Shown piece after piece: positions 28,463 through 37,413 of a stretch of 45,113 nt of DNA. Origin of the DNA: a virus. Lineage: Duplodnaviria; Heunggongvirae; Uroviricota; Caudoviricetes. A program made the position numbers and the translations under genes. The DNA lies in the IMG/VR virus record IMGVR_UViG_3300021255_002784, positions 152,416 through 197,528 of that record; one strand, 5' to 3'. The notes beneath the pieces are model-generated. The model searched no databases. It was not told the origin of the DNA and saw nothing but the letters and a program-made list of their open reading frames with translations. Position 1 is the first letter of the stretch. Each line of letters starts with the position of its first letter.

Positions 28463-28693
28463 ATGAAAAGTTTATATGAATCCCTAAATACAACCGACGA
28501 GATAGTAGTTTTGAGCCCCGATGAATTAAAAGAATTACTGAAATTCGTCAAAGGGAACGAAAAACGAGGGGTGTGCATCCGGTATCAGGCGGACTACAAT
28601 AATGAATGGAATCAGACGTCTGTATGTTTTTACGACGAACGAAATGGCAAGGGACCTCGAAATTGGCCTTGGAAGACAATTGCTTCAAATTAA
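28463..28693 (+). CDS. Putative internal head protein
   Basis: Starts MKSLYESLN. Confidence 0.6.
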   Translation: MKSLYESLNTTDEIVVLSPDELKELLKFVKGNEKRGVCIRYQADYNNEWNQTSVCFYDERNGKGPRNWPWKTIASN

Positions 28694-28738
28694 ACAAAAG
28701 GCTTTTTTTTTATTTTATGTATAAATAAAACAAAACAC

Positions 28739-29254
28739 ATGAAATCACTAAAAGAATGTTTATTGGAGGCAATATCAGTAGATACTGAAGATCTTTCCAA
28801 AAAAGAAAAAGCTGCAGTAGAAAATTTGGATACATATCTCAAGTTTATTGAGGATAAATTAGCAGATAATATAAGCGAAGATTGGCTTAAACATCATAAG
28901 AAACCTTTTGCTATTTATTCAAATGAAATGAAAGGACCTGTGTTCACCTTTGAACGCAAAGCTAAGGATTTGGAAAATGACAAGATATCTGACGAGCCTA
29001 TTTGGAAGGAAGTGTGTGATTACACTCCTAAGGGTTTTGTTTCAAAAACATATCTTACACCGACCTACTATGAAAAACTGCTAGCAAATACTGGTGTCAT
29101 GTTTGTATGGAGTGTATATGGCTCGTACGGTCCAGAAGGAGGTCACGACCGAAAATTTGTCGATATTTGTTTGGATATCAAGTTTAGACCATCATCATAT
29201 AAATTCTTACAAGAATATGTATGCGATAAATTGACGGAAATGTTAATAAAATAA
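28739..29254 (+). CDS. Putative internal head protein
   Basis: Starts MKSLKECLLEA. Confidence 0.65.
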   Translation: MKSLKECLLEAISVDTEDLSKKEKAAVENLDTYLKFIEDKLADNISEDWLKHHKKPFAIYSNEMKGPVFTFERKAKDLENDKISDEPIWKEVCDYTPKGFVSKTYLTPTYYEKLLANTGVMFVWSVYGSYGPEGGHDRKFVDICLDIKFRPSSYKFLQEYVCDKLTEMLIK

Positions 29255-29277
29255 TTAAACTTAAGTGAAATCATTAT

Positions 29278-29310
29278 AATCCAGTTCTCTTAAACAGGGG
29301 GCTGGATTTT
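29278..29310 (+). terminator. Intrinsic terminator overlapping a TTATTAT motif
   Basis: AATCCAGTTCTCT-taaac-AGGGGGCTGGATTTT. Confidence 0.65.
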
Positions 29311-29339
29311 ATTATTTTATACATATATAAACGAAATGT

Positions 29340-29876
29340 ATGAAATCACTTCAGCAATACCTACTCGAAGCACTGCAACAGACCAAAATAGACTCCGAAC
29401 AACTATATCAGTTGTACACGGATCAGATTGAGGTCAAAGCGTTTGCTTTGAATAACAAAATAACAGAAAAAGAAGCCCAGCACGTATACGATGTGCTTCA
29501 TTCTGACGATATTGTCATTGTTTCTGAAGAGCAGATGCGAGCCAAATATGATAAAGACGAAGTCAAAGAGATATTTGATCATATCGGTGACTTAGTTGCC
29601 GCTGGTACCCGCTACGGTAATCAACTCGGTTTATCCCCTGAAGAGAAGAAACAACGAGAAGAAGCAGAAAAAGCACTCGCAGATAAGACTGGTGAAAAAC
29701 CAAAAAAATCTAAAGTGGATGACCTGGACTTTGTCAATCAATGTAATACAGACTTTGTAGGAGTGGCTCCCGAATCCATATCTGAGTTCTTCTGGAAAAA
29801 GAGTGGAGATTCGGGTTATCTGTACTTTATTATTAACTCAACTCCTGATGTTGAAGATTTACTCAAACAAATATAA
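29340..29876 (+). CDS. Putative internal head protein
   Basis: Starts MKSLQQYLLEA; TTATTAT upstream. Confidence 0.65.
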   Translation: MKSLQQYLLEALQQTKIDSEQLYQLYTDQIEVKAFALNNKITEKEAQHVYDVLHSDDIVIVSEEQMRAKYDKDEVKEIFDHIGDLVAAGTRYGNQLGLSPEEKKQREEAEKALADKTGEKPKKSKVDDLDFVNQCNTDFVGVAPESISEFFWKKSGDSGYLYFIINSTPDVEDLLKQI

Positions 29877-29883
29877 TTGATAT

Positions 29884-31467
29884 ATGTTAGCAACGTTATT
29901 AGCAGTTGGTATGTGTGCTTGGTTTTGCTCTCAAGCTCTTCCTGAAGGTATGAAAGGTGGCGGAGCCGGCATAGGTGCAGGCATAGGTGGTTTACTTGCA
30001 ACCTGCATAATGGGTCTCCTTCCTGAAAACCGCCGTAAAAAAGAGGAGGACAAGCTAAAGCATGAAATCGAAATGACCAAGCTTCGCAAGGAGTTGGAAA
30101 ATGTCAAGAACGGTAAGAAAGATGACCAGAAAAAAGAAGAGTTGGAAAAATCTGATAAGGAAAATGAAGCCATTCTTAATGAAGGCATGAGTGATCCGAA
30201 GGTATTCGCCAGTATAGTAAAGTCTTGCGATGCCATTAAAGACCCGGTTGAAAAGGAAACCATGACGCAGCGATTTAATATGATTCGTTGTGCACAATAC
30301 GATAAGGATGGTAATCCACGCACTCAGAAAGATGTCCAAAAATGGATGACAGAGAACATCCCGGCTGAAGACCTACAGACCATTGTCGAATCAGCCAACA
30401 AACAAATAGGCAACACTGAATTGACTCCTGAACTAGCTGAAGAATTAAAAAACAGTATTCCTGAAGCAACTGACGAAGACATACAAGCTGAAAAGGAAAA
30501 AGCTACCAAAATATCTGCAGAGATGGGTGTGCAGCTCGAAGCTGATGCGACTAAACGCAAAGAGATGAAGGCTGAAATCGAACGTCTGGGGCAAGAAAAA
30601 GAAGCCAAGCAGGCCGAACTAGATAAATCCATTGCTGACGCAGGTGCTGATGAAGAAGCTATCAAAAAAGCAAAATTAGTTAAAGCTGAGTTCAACAAAA
30701 ACATCACCACACAGATATACGACAAGAAGAAGGAGGCAGCTGAGTTTGAATCTAAATGTCAGACAGCTAAGTTCCTAGATAGTACTAATCCTGCACGAAA
30801 AGATCGCGTAGAAGCAGCCATCAAAAAGGTGGATGAGGAACGCAAAACAGCCATCGATGCAATAGATAAAGAGATTGCTGATGCTGGTGGTAAAGCTGAG
30901 ACTAAAAAGGACAGCAAAACCGAAGAAATCCCTGGATACGATGCTGATGGAGATCCTGATGGTACAAAATGGGTAAAGACCGCAGACAAGAATGGCAACG
31001 AAACATTCGCACTGCTCGATAAAGATGGTAACAAACTTGATGCATCCAAAGAAGACTTCGAAAAGGCTAAAAAGGATCACGAGGAAAACTCTAAAAGTGA
31101 TGACGTATCCAATGGAGATGATGAAAAAGATGGTGATGTAGATACAGATGCTAATGACGCTGATGGTGAAGAAGTAGATGATGGCAATGGTGGTAAGAAA
31201 AAGGTTTTGAAAAACCCCGCACAGGCTTGGCATAAAAAGAAAAACAAAGCTACAGGAAAGACAACCAAATCATACTACAATAAAAAAGGTGAATCTATCT
31301 CTCAAAAGGAGTTTCATGAGAAAATGCAGAAGTATCAAGCAACCAAGGCTAAAATGAAACGAGAAAGTGTAAGTTTCAAAGAATTTCTATCAAATCATTA
31401 CATAGCAGAATCAGGCAAACAATACTCATCATTACGTGACTCAATCCTTAAAAACATACACGACTAA
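29884..31467 (+). CDS. Membrane-anchored-type coiled-coil protein with acidic low-complexity region
   Basis: Hydrophobic N-terminus with GAGIGAGIGG zipper, long K/E/A coiled coil, D/G-rich tract, C-terminal SFKEFL...IAES. Confidence 0.7.
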   Translation: MLATLLAVGMCAWFCSQALPEGMKGGGAGIGAGIGGLLATCIMGLLPENRRKKEEDKLKHEIEMTKLRKELENVKNGKKDDQKKEELEKSDKENEAILNEGMSDPKVFASIVKSCDAIKDPVEKETMTQRFNMIRCAQYDKDGNPRTQKDVQKWMTENIPAEDLQTIVESANKQIGNTELTPELAEELKNSIPEATDEDIQAEKEKATKISAEMGVQLEADATKRKEMKAEIERLGQEKEAKQAELDKSIADAGADEEAIKKAKLVKAEFNKNITTQIYDKKKEAAEFESKCQTAKFLDSTNPARKDRVEAAIKKVDEERKTAIDAIDKEIADAGGKAETKKDSKTEEIPGYDADGDPDGTKWVKTADKNGNETFALLDKDGNKLDASKEDFEKAKKDHEENSKSDDVSNGDDEKDGDVDTDANDADGEEVDDGNGGKKKVLKNPAQAWHKKKNKATGKTTKSYYNKKGESISQKEFHEKMQKYQATKAKMKRESVSFKEFLSNHYIAESGKQYSSLRDSILKNIHD

Positions 31468-31485
31468 TCGCAACATACTGATAAA

Positions 31486-31518
31486 AGGAATCCGATCCTC
31501 AACCGGGTCGGATTTTTT
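31486..31518 (+). terminator. Intrinsic terminator
   Basis: AATCCGATCC-tcaacc-GGGTCGGATTTTTT. Confidence 0.75.
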
Positions 31519-31538
31519 AATTCATAGGATTCACGTTT

Positions 31539-31545
31539 TTATTAT
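31539..31545 (+). promoter_or_regulatory. Class B (late-type) promoter-like motif TTATTAT (representative copy)
   Basis: Plus-strand copies at 6962, 10068, 11364, 24434, 29309, 33075, 45044; minus-strand copies at 977, 16980, 17594, 19418, 23999, 41861, 44992; mostly 7-35 nt before virion or tagged genes. Confidence 0.6.
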
Positions 31546-31578
31546 TAGTTAAATCAAAACAAAAAACTATTACGTAAT

Positions 31579-33006
31579 ATGGCAAAAAATTGTTTGGTAT
31601 ACGAAACACTTCAACCGATTAACGAGATGCAACGCACCGTCACCTCAGACGGATTGATGCATTTGAAAGGTACATTCGGTGTATGTGGTGTCAAGAATAA
31701 CAACCAACGCATCTACGAAGCCGGCAACTATGGTAAGATGGTGGCAGAGATGAAAAAACGTCTTGAGCACAGTCCTATTCTTGGTGAGCTTGAACATCCT
31801 TCAACCATGAACATCACCCTCGAAAACGTATCGCACAAGATCACGGATATCAATATCGATGAGAATGGTGTAGTTACTGGCGAAGTCGTTCTTTTGAACA
31901 CTCCGAAGGGTAAGGTAGCCCAGGCTATCGTTGAGGGCGGGGCACCACTTTATATTTCTTCACGAGCACAGGGCATGGTGGATCCACGTACAAGCGTTGT
32001 TACATTGGAAAACCTAGCAACTTATGACTTGGTCGGATCGCCGGGTTTCTCTCAGGCAGAACTCCATCTTAATGAGGGTCAGGTTGCTGAATCAATCTGT
32101 GAGTCCTGTGGAGTAGTGTACATCAGCGAAGGTCAAGATTCTAATGCAAACGAAACAAATGTAAATCAAGATATGGAAAAAGAAATACTTGAAAAGATCA
32201 CTGCGCTCGAATCCAAAGTGGCTGCTTTGGAAGCAGATAACGCAAATCTTAAAGAGCAGCTCGAAGATACCGACAAATTCGACAAGAAAGCACTCTGCGA
32301 TGGTATTCAAAAATGGATTCTCGAAGAGTTCGCACCAACTATCCAGAAGTACATCGTTGAGCAGTACTCACCAGAAGTACAGAAGTGGGTTGTTGAGTCA
32401 TTTGCACCAGAAGTACAGAAATGGGTGGTTGAGCAGTACTCACCTGAAATCCAAAAATGGATTCTCGAACAGTACTCACCAGAAGTACAACGTTGGACAC
32501 AAACCGAGTTCGCAACTGGTGTTCAAAACTGGTTTATAGACGAATGTGCACCAGCCTTCGAGAAGTGGGTAACCGAGAACTACGGTTCAGAAGTAGCAAA
32601 CCAAATCACCGAAGCAGTCGAGAAGAGCAAGAAGAACAGCTTGTCCAACATCGAAAGTACGCTCAACCTGTTGGAAGGTATCCAACCAACCAAACCAGCT
32701 TATCCTGGACAAACACCAAAGTCACAAATCGTTACAGAAGGTGCACCTAAGTACATCTCTGAGATGCCTGCAGATGCACGTGTTAAGTACGATTTGGCAA
32801 GTCAGGATATCAAAGAGGCTATTGAGCGCCGCGCTAAATTGTTTGATTTCAACAAACACTCTGTTAACGAGTTCTGGGCTGGTGTTAACTTCGACACCAT
32901 TAAACCTGTAACTACTATCGTGGAAGGTGCAACAGTAATCACTAACGAACGCGAACGTGCTATCCGTGCTCAGTTGGCTTCGTGGCACAGCAAACGTTTC
33001 GGTTAA
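31579..33006 (+). CDS. Prohead maturation protease (T4 gp21-like) with scaffold-like C-terminal extension
   Basis: N.N.RIY, LGELEHP, VSH.I, L.TPKG, ISSRAQG, TYDLVGSPGF motifs, then coiled coil and 12-aa repeats. Confidence 0.9.
   Translation: MAKNCLVYETLQPINEMQRTVTSDGLMHLKGTFGVCGVKNNNQRIYEAGNYGKMVAEMKKRLEHSPILGELEHPSTMNITLENVSHKITDINIDENGVVTGEVVLLNTPKGKVAQAIVEGGAPLYISSRAQGMVDPRTSVVTLENLATYDLVGSPGFSQAELHLNEGQVAESICESCGVVYISEGQDSNANETNVNQDMEKEILEKITALESKVAALEADNANLKEQLEDTDKFDKKALCDGIQKWILEEFAPTIQKYIVEQYSPEVQKWVVESFAPEVQKWVVEQYSPEIQKWILEQYSPEVQRWTQTEFATGVQNWFIDECAPAFEKWVTENYGSEVANQITEAVEKSKKNSLSNIESTLNLLEGIQPTKPAYPGQTPKSQIVTEGAPKYISEMPADARVKYDLASQDIKEAIERRAKLFDFNKHSVNEFWAGVNFDTIKPVTTIVEGATVITNERERAIRAQLASWHSKRFG
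32305..32595 (+). repeat. About 8 tandem 36-bp (12-aa) intragenic repeats
   Basis: (I/V)QKW(I/V)(L/V)E(Q/E/S)(Y/F)(S/A)PE units. Confidence 0.9.
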
Positions 33007-33026
33007 ATTCCGACACACATTATTTC

Positions 33027-33061
33027 AGACCTCAATTTCACACGAAGTTGGGGTCTTTTTT
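33027..33061 (+). terminator. Intrinsic terminator
   Basis: AGACCTCAATTTC-acac-GAAGTTGGGGTCTTTTT. Confidence 0.75.
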
Positions 33062-33090
33062 ATTGCATCTCTTGTTATTATATAGTATAT

Positions 33091-33534
33091 ATGAATTATC
33101 GAGTTCTTGAGAATAAACGCAATATCACGAACGCACGAAGTGGTGAAGATATAAAGGATCTTTTGACCCTTACTTTTATTATGCCTGAACAAGCTGGATT
33201 CACTATGTTCAAGGTGACACATGAATATGTGGCTCGTCCGGATCTTATATGCCTGGCTCATTATGGAACTGACGACCCAGTCGATATCGTATGTAAGATC
33301 AACGGCATCAGCAATCCTTACGAATTGAATGAGGATACCATTCTCGCTCTACCGGATGCGGCTGACTTATGGAAATACATTTACGACGGAGACACTATTC
33401 AGCAAGATTCAGAATCTGATAAAGATGACAATCCTGCACCTAAGACGCGTATCGAAAAACGCAAACCAAACGAAGCTGTTATTGGTGACAAACGATTTAA
33501 GATCGACAAAGAGCACCGAGCAGTCATATACTAA
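33091..33534 (+). CDS. Baseplate wedge protein (T4 gp53/LysM-like)
   Basis: RPDLI...HYG...DIVCKINGISNP..L.E..IL.LP. Confidence 0.8.
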   Translation: MNYRVLENKRNITNARSGEDIKDLLTLTFIMPEQAGFTMFKVTHEYVARPDLICLAHYGTDDPVDIVCKINGISNPYELNEDTILALPDAADLWKYIYDGDTIQQDSESDKDDNPAPKTRIEKRKPNEAVIGDKRFKIDKEHRAVIY

Positions 33535-33537
33535 TAT

Positions 33538-34977
33538 ATGGCACAAATCGAAGTTAAATTTGATCATCAACTCAAGCAGACTCCTATTGCGATTCCTCTT
33601 GTCACCCCAGACGGCAGTGAGGAACAAGGCGTCAATGAGATGACAGGATCCAATGTACCTATCAAGCAAACGGCTATGTACGGTATCCGTGTCCCTCTAA
33701 TCAAGATAAAAGATATAGTTGTGGACATGAATAACATTGTGCGTATGGAGTTAGATGGTCGAGGCCCCTTACCCAGATTAAATCTCTCCGTCATCGATCG
33801 CGATAATAAAATACGTGGATTACAGAATCCTGAATCAGATAACGAAATTCGCATTCAGATTCTTCCGCGATTCGAGAACGCTTACAAGAAGATAGACCTT
33901 ACCTTTTATGCTGAAAACTATCGAGCTCAGGGATCTGTCTTGTCCTTTAACTGTGTGTACAAACTACCGGCTCTGTATGATAGTCGCATCAGATGTTTTG
34001 GCAAGGTGTCTACATACGACATGTTCGAACGGATAGCTCAGGAATGTCAATTAGGCTTCGCATCTAATGTAGAAGCCAGTGATGATATAAGATATTTATA
34101 CTGTGCCAACACGTCTTACAACAACCTAATGGAGAGAGCCATATCTACTTCTGGTACATCCGGGGAAGACATATCATCTCAAATCATGTACGATTATTGG
34201 GTAGACTTCTGGAACAATCTTAATTTTGTGGATGTCTATGAACGATATAATACGGTTGAACCAGACGAGAACATCCAAGTGTGGATAGGTCCATCAGAAA
34301 TAGCGGTTGATCAAGATGAGGATGATGAACACACATACTCGAAAGAAACTGCGATCATATCCAATAATCCTTTAGCCAACGGTACAGAGTTGTTTATCGA
34401 TCATTACAACATCATCAACAATTCTACACAATCCCAAAGTGGATCTGATAGGGTACTGTCTATATATAATATGAATGCTGGCGAATCCCTGGACTACCTC
34501 TTATCAGACGGTGACCAACAGAAAGATGTGTTTATCAAATATGAATACGTAGGAGAGTGCTACGGTGACTTCAACTATTTACTGGCTAGTCGATGTCGTA
34601 ATATGATGAAAAATAAAATGGGGCAGCAGATCGTCGAAGTGGTGCTTGGTTCGCCTATGTTATCTTTGACAAGAGGTGGTAAAGTCAATCTTGCTTGGTA
34701 CGATATGGGTTCTAATCTCGCCGACATAAAAGCGGAATTGGGTGACGTTGTCCAACCCACATCTTCTAATATACCTCTCCCTGATGATAAAGAGGATATC
34801 GAAAAGGCCGGACCTATGTTTCGTCTGAACAGAACGATAACAGGTCAGTATTATATACTTAACAGTGTGATCAGATTTGAAAATAGTCGATGGACTAACA
34901 CCTTACAATTAGTACGCCCACGAGACAAAGTGATGAGTCCTGTAGACATGACCGAAGCATATGAAAATATTGAATGA
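33538..34977 (+). CDS. Putative baseplate hub protein (gp27-like)
   Basis: Follows the gp53-like gene; P.L.L...D, IA....L, Y.YWVD, and C-terminal LTRG.KV...TGQY.I......L.L.R pattern. Confidence 0.6.
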   Translation: MAQIEVKFDHQLKQTPIAIPLVTPDGSEEQGVNEMTGSNVPIKQTAMYGIRVPLIKIKDIVVDMNNIVRMELDGRGPLPRLNLSVIDRDNKIRGLQNPESDNEIRIQILPRFENAYKKIDLTFYAENYRAQGSVLSFNCVYKLPALYDSRIRCFGKVSTYDMFERIAQECQLGFASNVEASDDIRYLYCANTSYNNLMERAISTSGTSGEDISSQIMYDYWVDFWNNLNFVDVYERYNTVEPDENIQVWIGPSEIAVDQDEDDEHTYSKETAIISNNPLANGTELFIDHYNIINNSTQSQSGSDRVLSIYNMNAGESLDYLLSDGDQQKDVFIKYEYVGECYGDFNYLLASRCRNMMKNKMGQQIVEVVLGSPMLSLTRGGKVNLAWYDMGSNLADIKAELGDVVQPTSSNIPLPDDKEDIEKAGPMFRLNRTITGQYYILNSVIRFENSRWTNTLQLVRPRDKVMSPVDMTEAYENIE

Positions 34978-34979
34978 TA

Positions 34980-36494
34980 ATGAGCTCAATCGATAGAAAA
35001 TTGGAACGCGGTGCTGATTTGAAAACCATGTACGAGGTGGATCCACTTTCATACAAGGTTATCAAAAACCTTATATACGACTGGAGACGTAGTGGTACCA
35101 GATCATCAGAATTCAATCGTTTTGATGTACCTGGTCATCTATTCTTTAAGATAGTGTTCCACTTCTGGAACGGCGACGCCTATAATGTGGATGAGAGCTA
35201 TGCCAATCACAATGGTCTGCTAACTCCGGCCTGGTTGTACATGAGCGAGGCTGACAGTCAATCTATGAGAAGTAAGATGAACGACAAACAAGAACAATTG
35301 GAAAAAGACCAGATGGGAGATCACTACGATCCACATCAGTATCTTGAACAAGCCCTGAGGCAGAACTGTGCTTATAACTTCCTCATTCGTAATGATGAAC
35401 TAGAGCGAGCCGATCTGCTTAAACAGTTCATCACCTTGCTATCAAACATCAGTACATACAGCCCGTGGTATTTTGCAGAAGTATCTGGTTTGGATGCAGT
35501 CATGGAGCGCCCTTTCAAATCAGATGACGATTACAAGGTGGAGAATCCAAAGCAGATTACCATTAAATGCATGCCAGATGCACAAGATAATCGTGTGGCC
35601 ACCCTACTGGATCTGTATCGTTCTGTAGCTTATTCGTACGTATGGCACAAAGAGATTCTTCCTGCCAACCTGCGTAAGTTCGATATGAGTATATACATAT
35701 TCAGTTCACCGGTTACCAATCTCCATTCCAAAAAAGGTGCTTATGGTGCAACCATGGGTATTGAAGATAATGGTTTTCGCAAGTTACAATCTGAAGACTT
35801 CTGGTTCTCGTCATACAAATGCATCGAACTACATGATTGCGAAATCGACTACAATGCTCTCAAATCAGGGTATGGAACCCTGACTAATGCAGAAGGATTC
35901 GCTCAGGAGTTCTCCATACCCATCGCAGTAGGAGATGCTTTCGAACAGCGTTACAACCCATATATCGATCGTCTGATTGGAGATGCTATTGCTATCGATG
36001 TAGTGCGCAATACTTATTCGCCAAATGGTGCTATCAATTATATATTCACAGATGAAGAACAAAAAGATAACGACACTGTACTGGATGCTTTCAAACGTCG
36101 ACTATACAAGTATGACTCCAATGTATCTGGAATAGAGATTGATGCGCTCAGATTGATAGATGACACAACCGGTAACGTGGTTTCGAACTTTACTCAGAGT
36201 CAACTACTCGGCAACATCTTCAAAGCATCCATTGGGGATCTGACTCGAGACTTCCGACGCCTGTCTCAATCAGCTCAGGCTGGTAACATAGGAGGAGTCA
36301 TAGGAGGAGGCAAAGCCTTTCAACAGTTAGGAAATGGATGGGTTTATAAAGCACCACCAAAAACAAACATTTATAATCGTCAGGAAAACCGCGGAAGTGA
36401 TCAGAGTAAACTTCCTGAAACGAATATATATGACGGTACGAACTATAAAAATACTGATAAACCCCAGAATCCTAATAATATATTCAATCGATAA
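34980..36494 (+). CDS. Putative baseplate/tail-tube initiator-type structural protein
   Basis: In the baseplate operon; V.GLD...ITI.C...D.R...LLDLYR...P.NLRKFDM.IYI tube-like pattern. Confidence 0.5.
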   Translation: MSSIDRKLERGADLKTMYEVDPLSYKVIKNLIYDWRRSGTRSSEFNRFDVPGHLFFKIVFHFWNGDAYNVDESYANHNGLLTPAWLYMSEADSQSMRSKMNDKQEQLEKDQMGDHYDPHQYLEQALRQNCAYNFLIRNDELERADLLKQFITLLSNISTYSPWYFAEVSGLDAVMERPFKSDDDYKVENPKQITIKCMPDAQDNRVATLLDLYRSVAYSYVWHKEILPANLRKFDMSIYIFSSPVTNLHSKKGAYGATMGIEDNGFRKLQSEDFWFSSYKCIELHDCEIDYNALKSGYGTLTNAEGFAQEFSIPIAVGDAFEQRYNPYIDRLIGDAIAIDVVRNTYSPNGAINYIFTDEEQKDNDTVLDAFKRRLYKYDSNVSGIEIDALRLIDDTTGNVVSNFTQSQLLGNIFKASIGDLTRDFRRLSQSAQAGNIGGVIGGGKAFQQLGNGWVYKAPPKTNIYNRQENRGSDQSKLPETNIYDGTNYKNTDKPQNPNNIFNR

Positions 36495-36919
36495 TGAAAC
36501 AACTGTCTGCTTATTTATTGGAGAACACCAAAGATCCGGCGCGCATATTTGTGATTGTGAAACCAGGATTCTACAAGTACATTCATGAGATTCTTGAACG
36601 CTTCGAAAAGGATGATTGGAAGTTGGAAAAAATCACTACCAAGCAACTTCTACTCAAGGAAGCGAAACGCCTTTATGCCATCCACAAAGATGAAGAATGG
36701 TACGAGGATCTGTGTGAGTACATGTCCAGCGAACCTACTACAGCCATGATTCTCAAAAACGAAAACATGGTAATGAGCCCTGAGATATTCGATAAGGTCG
36801 ATGTCATCAAGGACGAGATCCGTAAGAAGTACGGTGAGGACGAAATGCGTAATGTAATCCATTCCAGTGATTCCATGGTTCATATGAACAATGAAAAATC
36901 CGTTTATTTCGCGATTTAA
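36494..36919 (+). CDS. ndk: Nucleoside diphosphate kinase with capsid-targeting peptide
   Basis: FVIVKP, Y..H....Y..L..YMSS.P, IR..YG....RNVIHSSDS (catalytic His), E...YF; starts MKQLSAYLLEN. Confidence 0.9.
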   Translation: MKQLSAYLLENTKDPARIFVIVKPGFYKYIHEILERFEKDDWKLEKITTKQLLLKEAKRLYAIHKDEEWYEDLCEYMSSEPTTAMILKNENMVMSPEIFDKVDVIKDEIRKKYGEDEMRNVIHSSDSMVHMNNEKSVYFAI

Positions 36920-36983
36920 TGCGATCTAACGTAAGATCTTTTAAGAATAATATAATTATTCAGTTCGAACAAGATCGTCGATT

Positions 36984-37116
36984 ATAATGCAATTCTGCAG
37001 GTCTTACATGACATACGTTAACGAAGTACCAAAGGCACATCGTGACTTTGTTAATGAAATCCTGTAGGCTTTCAAGACTACGTTAATGAAACCCGTAGGC
37101 TTTCAAGACTACGTTA
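36984..37116 (-). repeat. Four tandem 31-33-bp repeats
   Basis: Units start near 36984, 37018, 37051 and 37083; the last two are nearly identical (TTAATGAAATCCTGTAGGCTTTCAAGACTACG). Confidence 0.85.
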
Positions 37117-37197
37117 CTCAAAATAATTAGTCTATTTAATCTTCTAAAGATTGAATAGGCTTTTTATATATTTATACATATTAAAATCAAAAATACT

Positions 37198-37413
37198 ATG
37201 GCAACCGAAAACAATTCAATGAGCATCAAGATGCATAACTACTTCACTACCGTGAGTTGGGAGCACGAAATTCGGGACGCGAACTTGGAAACCATTCTGG
37301 ATGGGGTTTGCACTTGTTTGATAGGGTTGGGATGGCATCGCGATTCTATCCTTCAAGCAATGGAGGAGTATGCTTACGATCGCTTGCCAAAAAATGACGA
37401 GAACGATCAATGA
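37198..37413 (+). CDS. Small hypothetical protein
   Basis: 71 aa; ATGA overlap with the gp46-like gene. Confidence 0.7.
   Translation: MATENNSMSIKMHNYFTTVSWEHEIRDANLETILDGVCTCLIGLGWHRDSILQAMEEYAYDRLPKNDENDQ

Noticed and set aside
29931-31268. Several long antisense ORFs opposite the coiled-coil gene (and similar shadows elsewhere)
   Set aside because: Ser/Phe/Leu-rich mirror translations of Lys/Glu-rich sense codons with no independent signals.
32189-32750. Alternative-frame ORFs inside the protease gene
   Set aside because: Open frames are explained by the 36-bp tandem repeat lacking stops.
36984-37116. CRISPR array (repeats contain TTGAAAG and a hairpin)
   Set aside because: Units are directly adjacent with no spacers, they are degenerate, and no cas genes are in the window.
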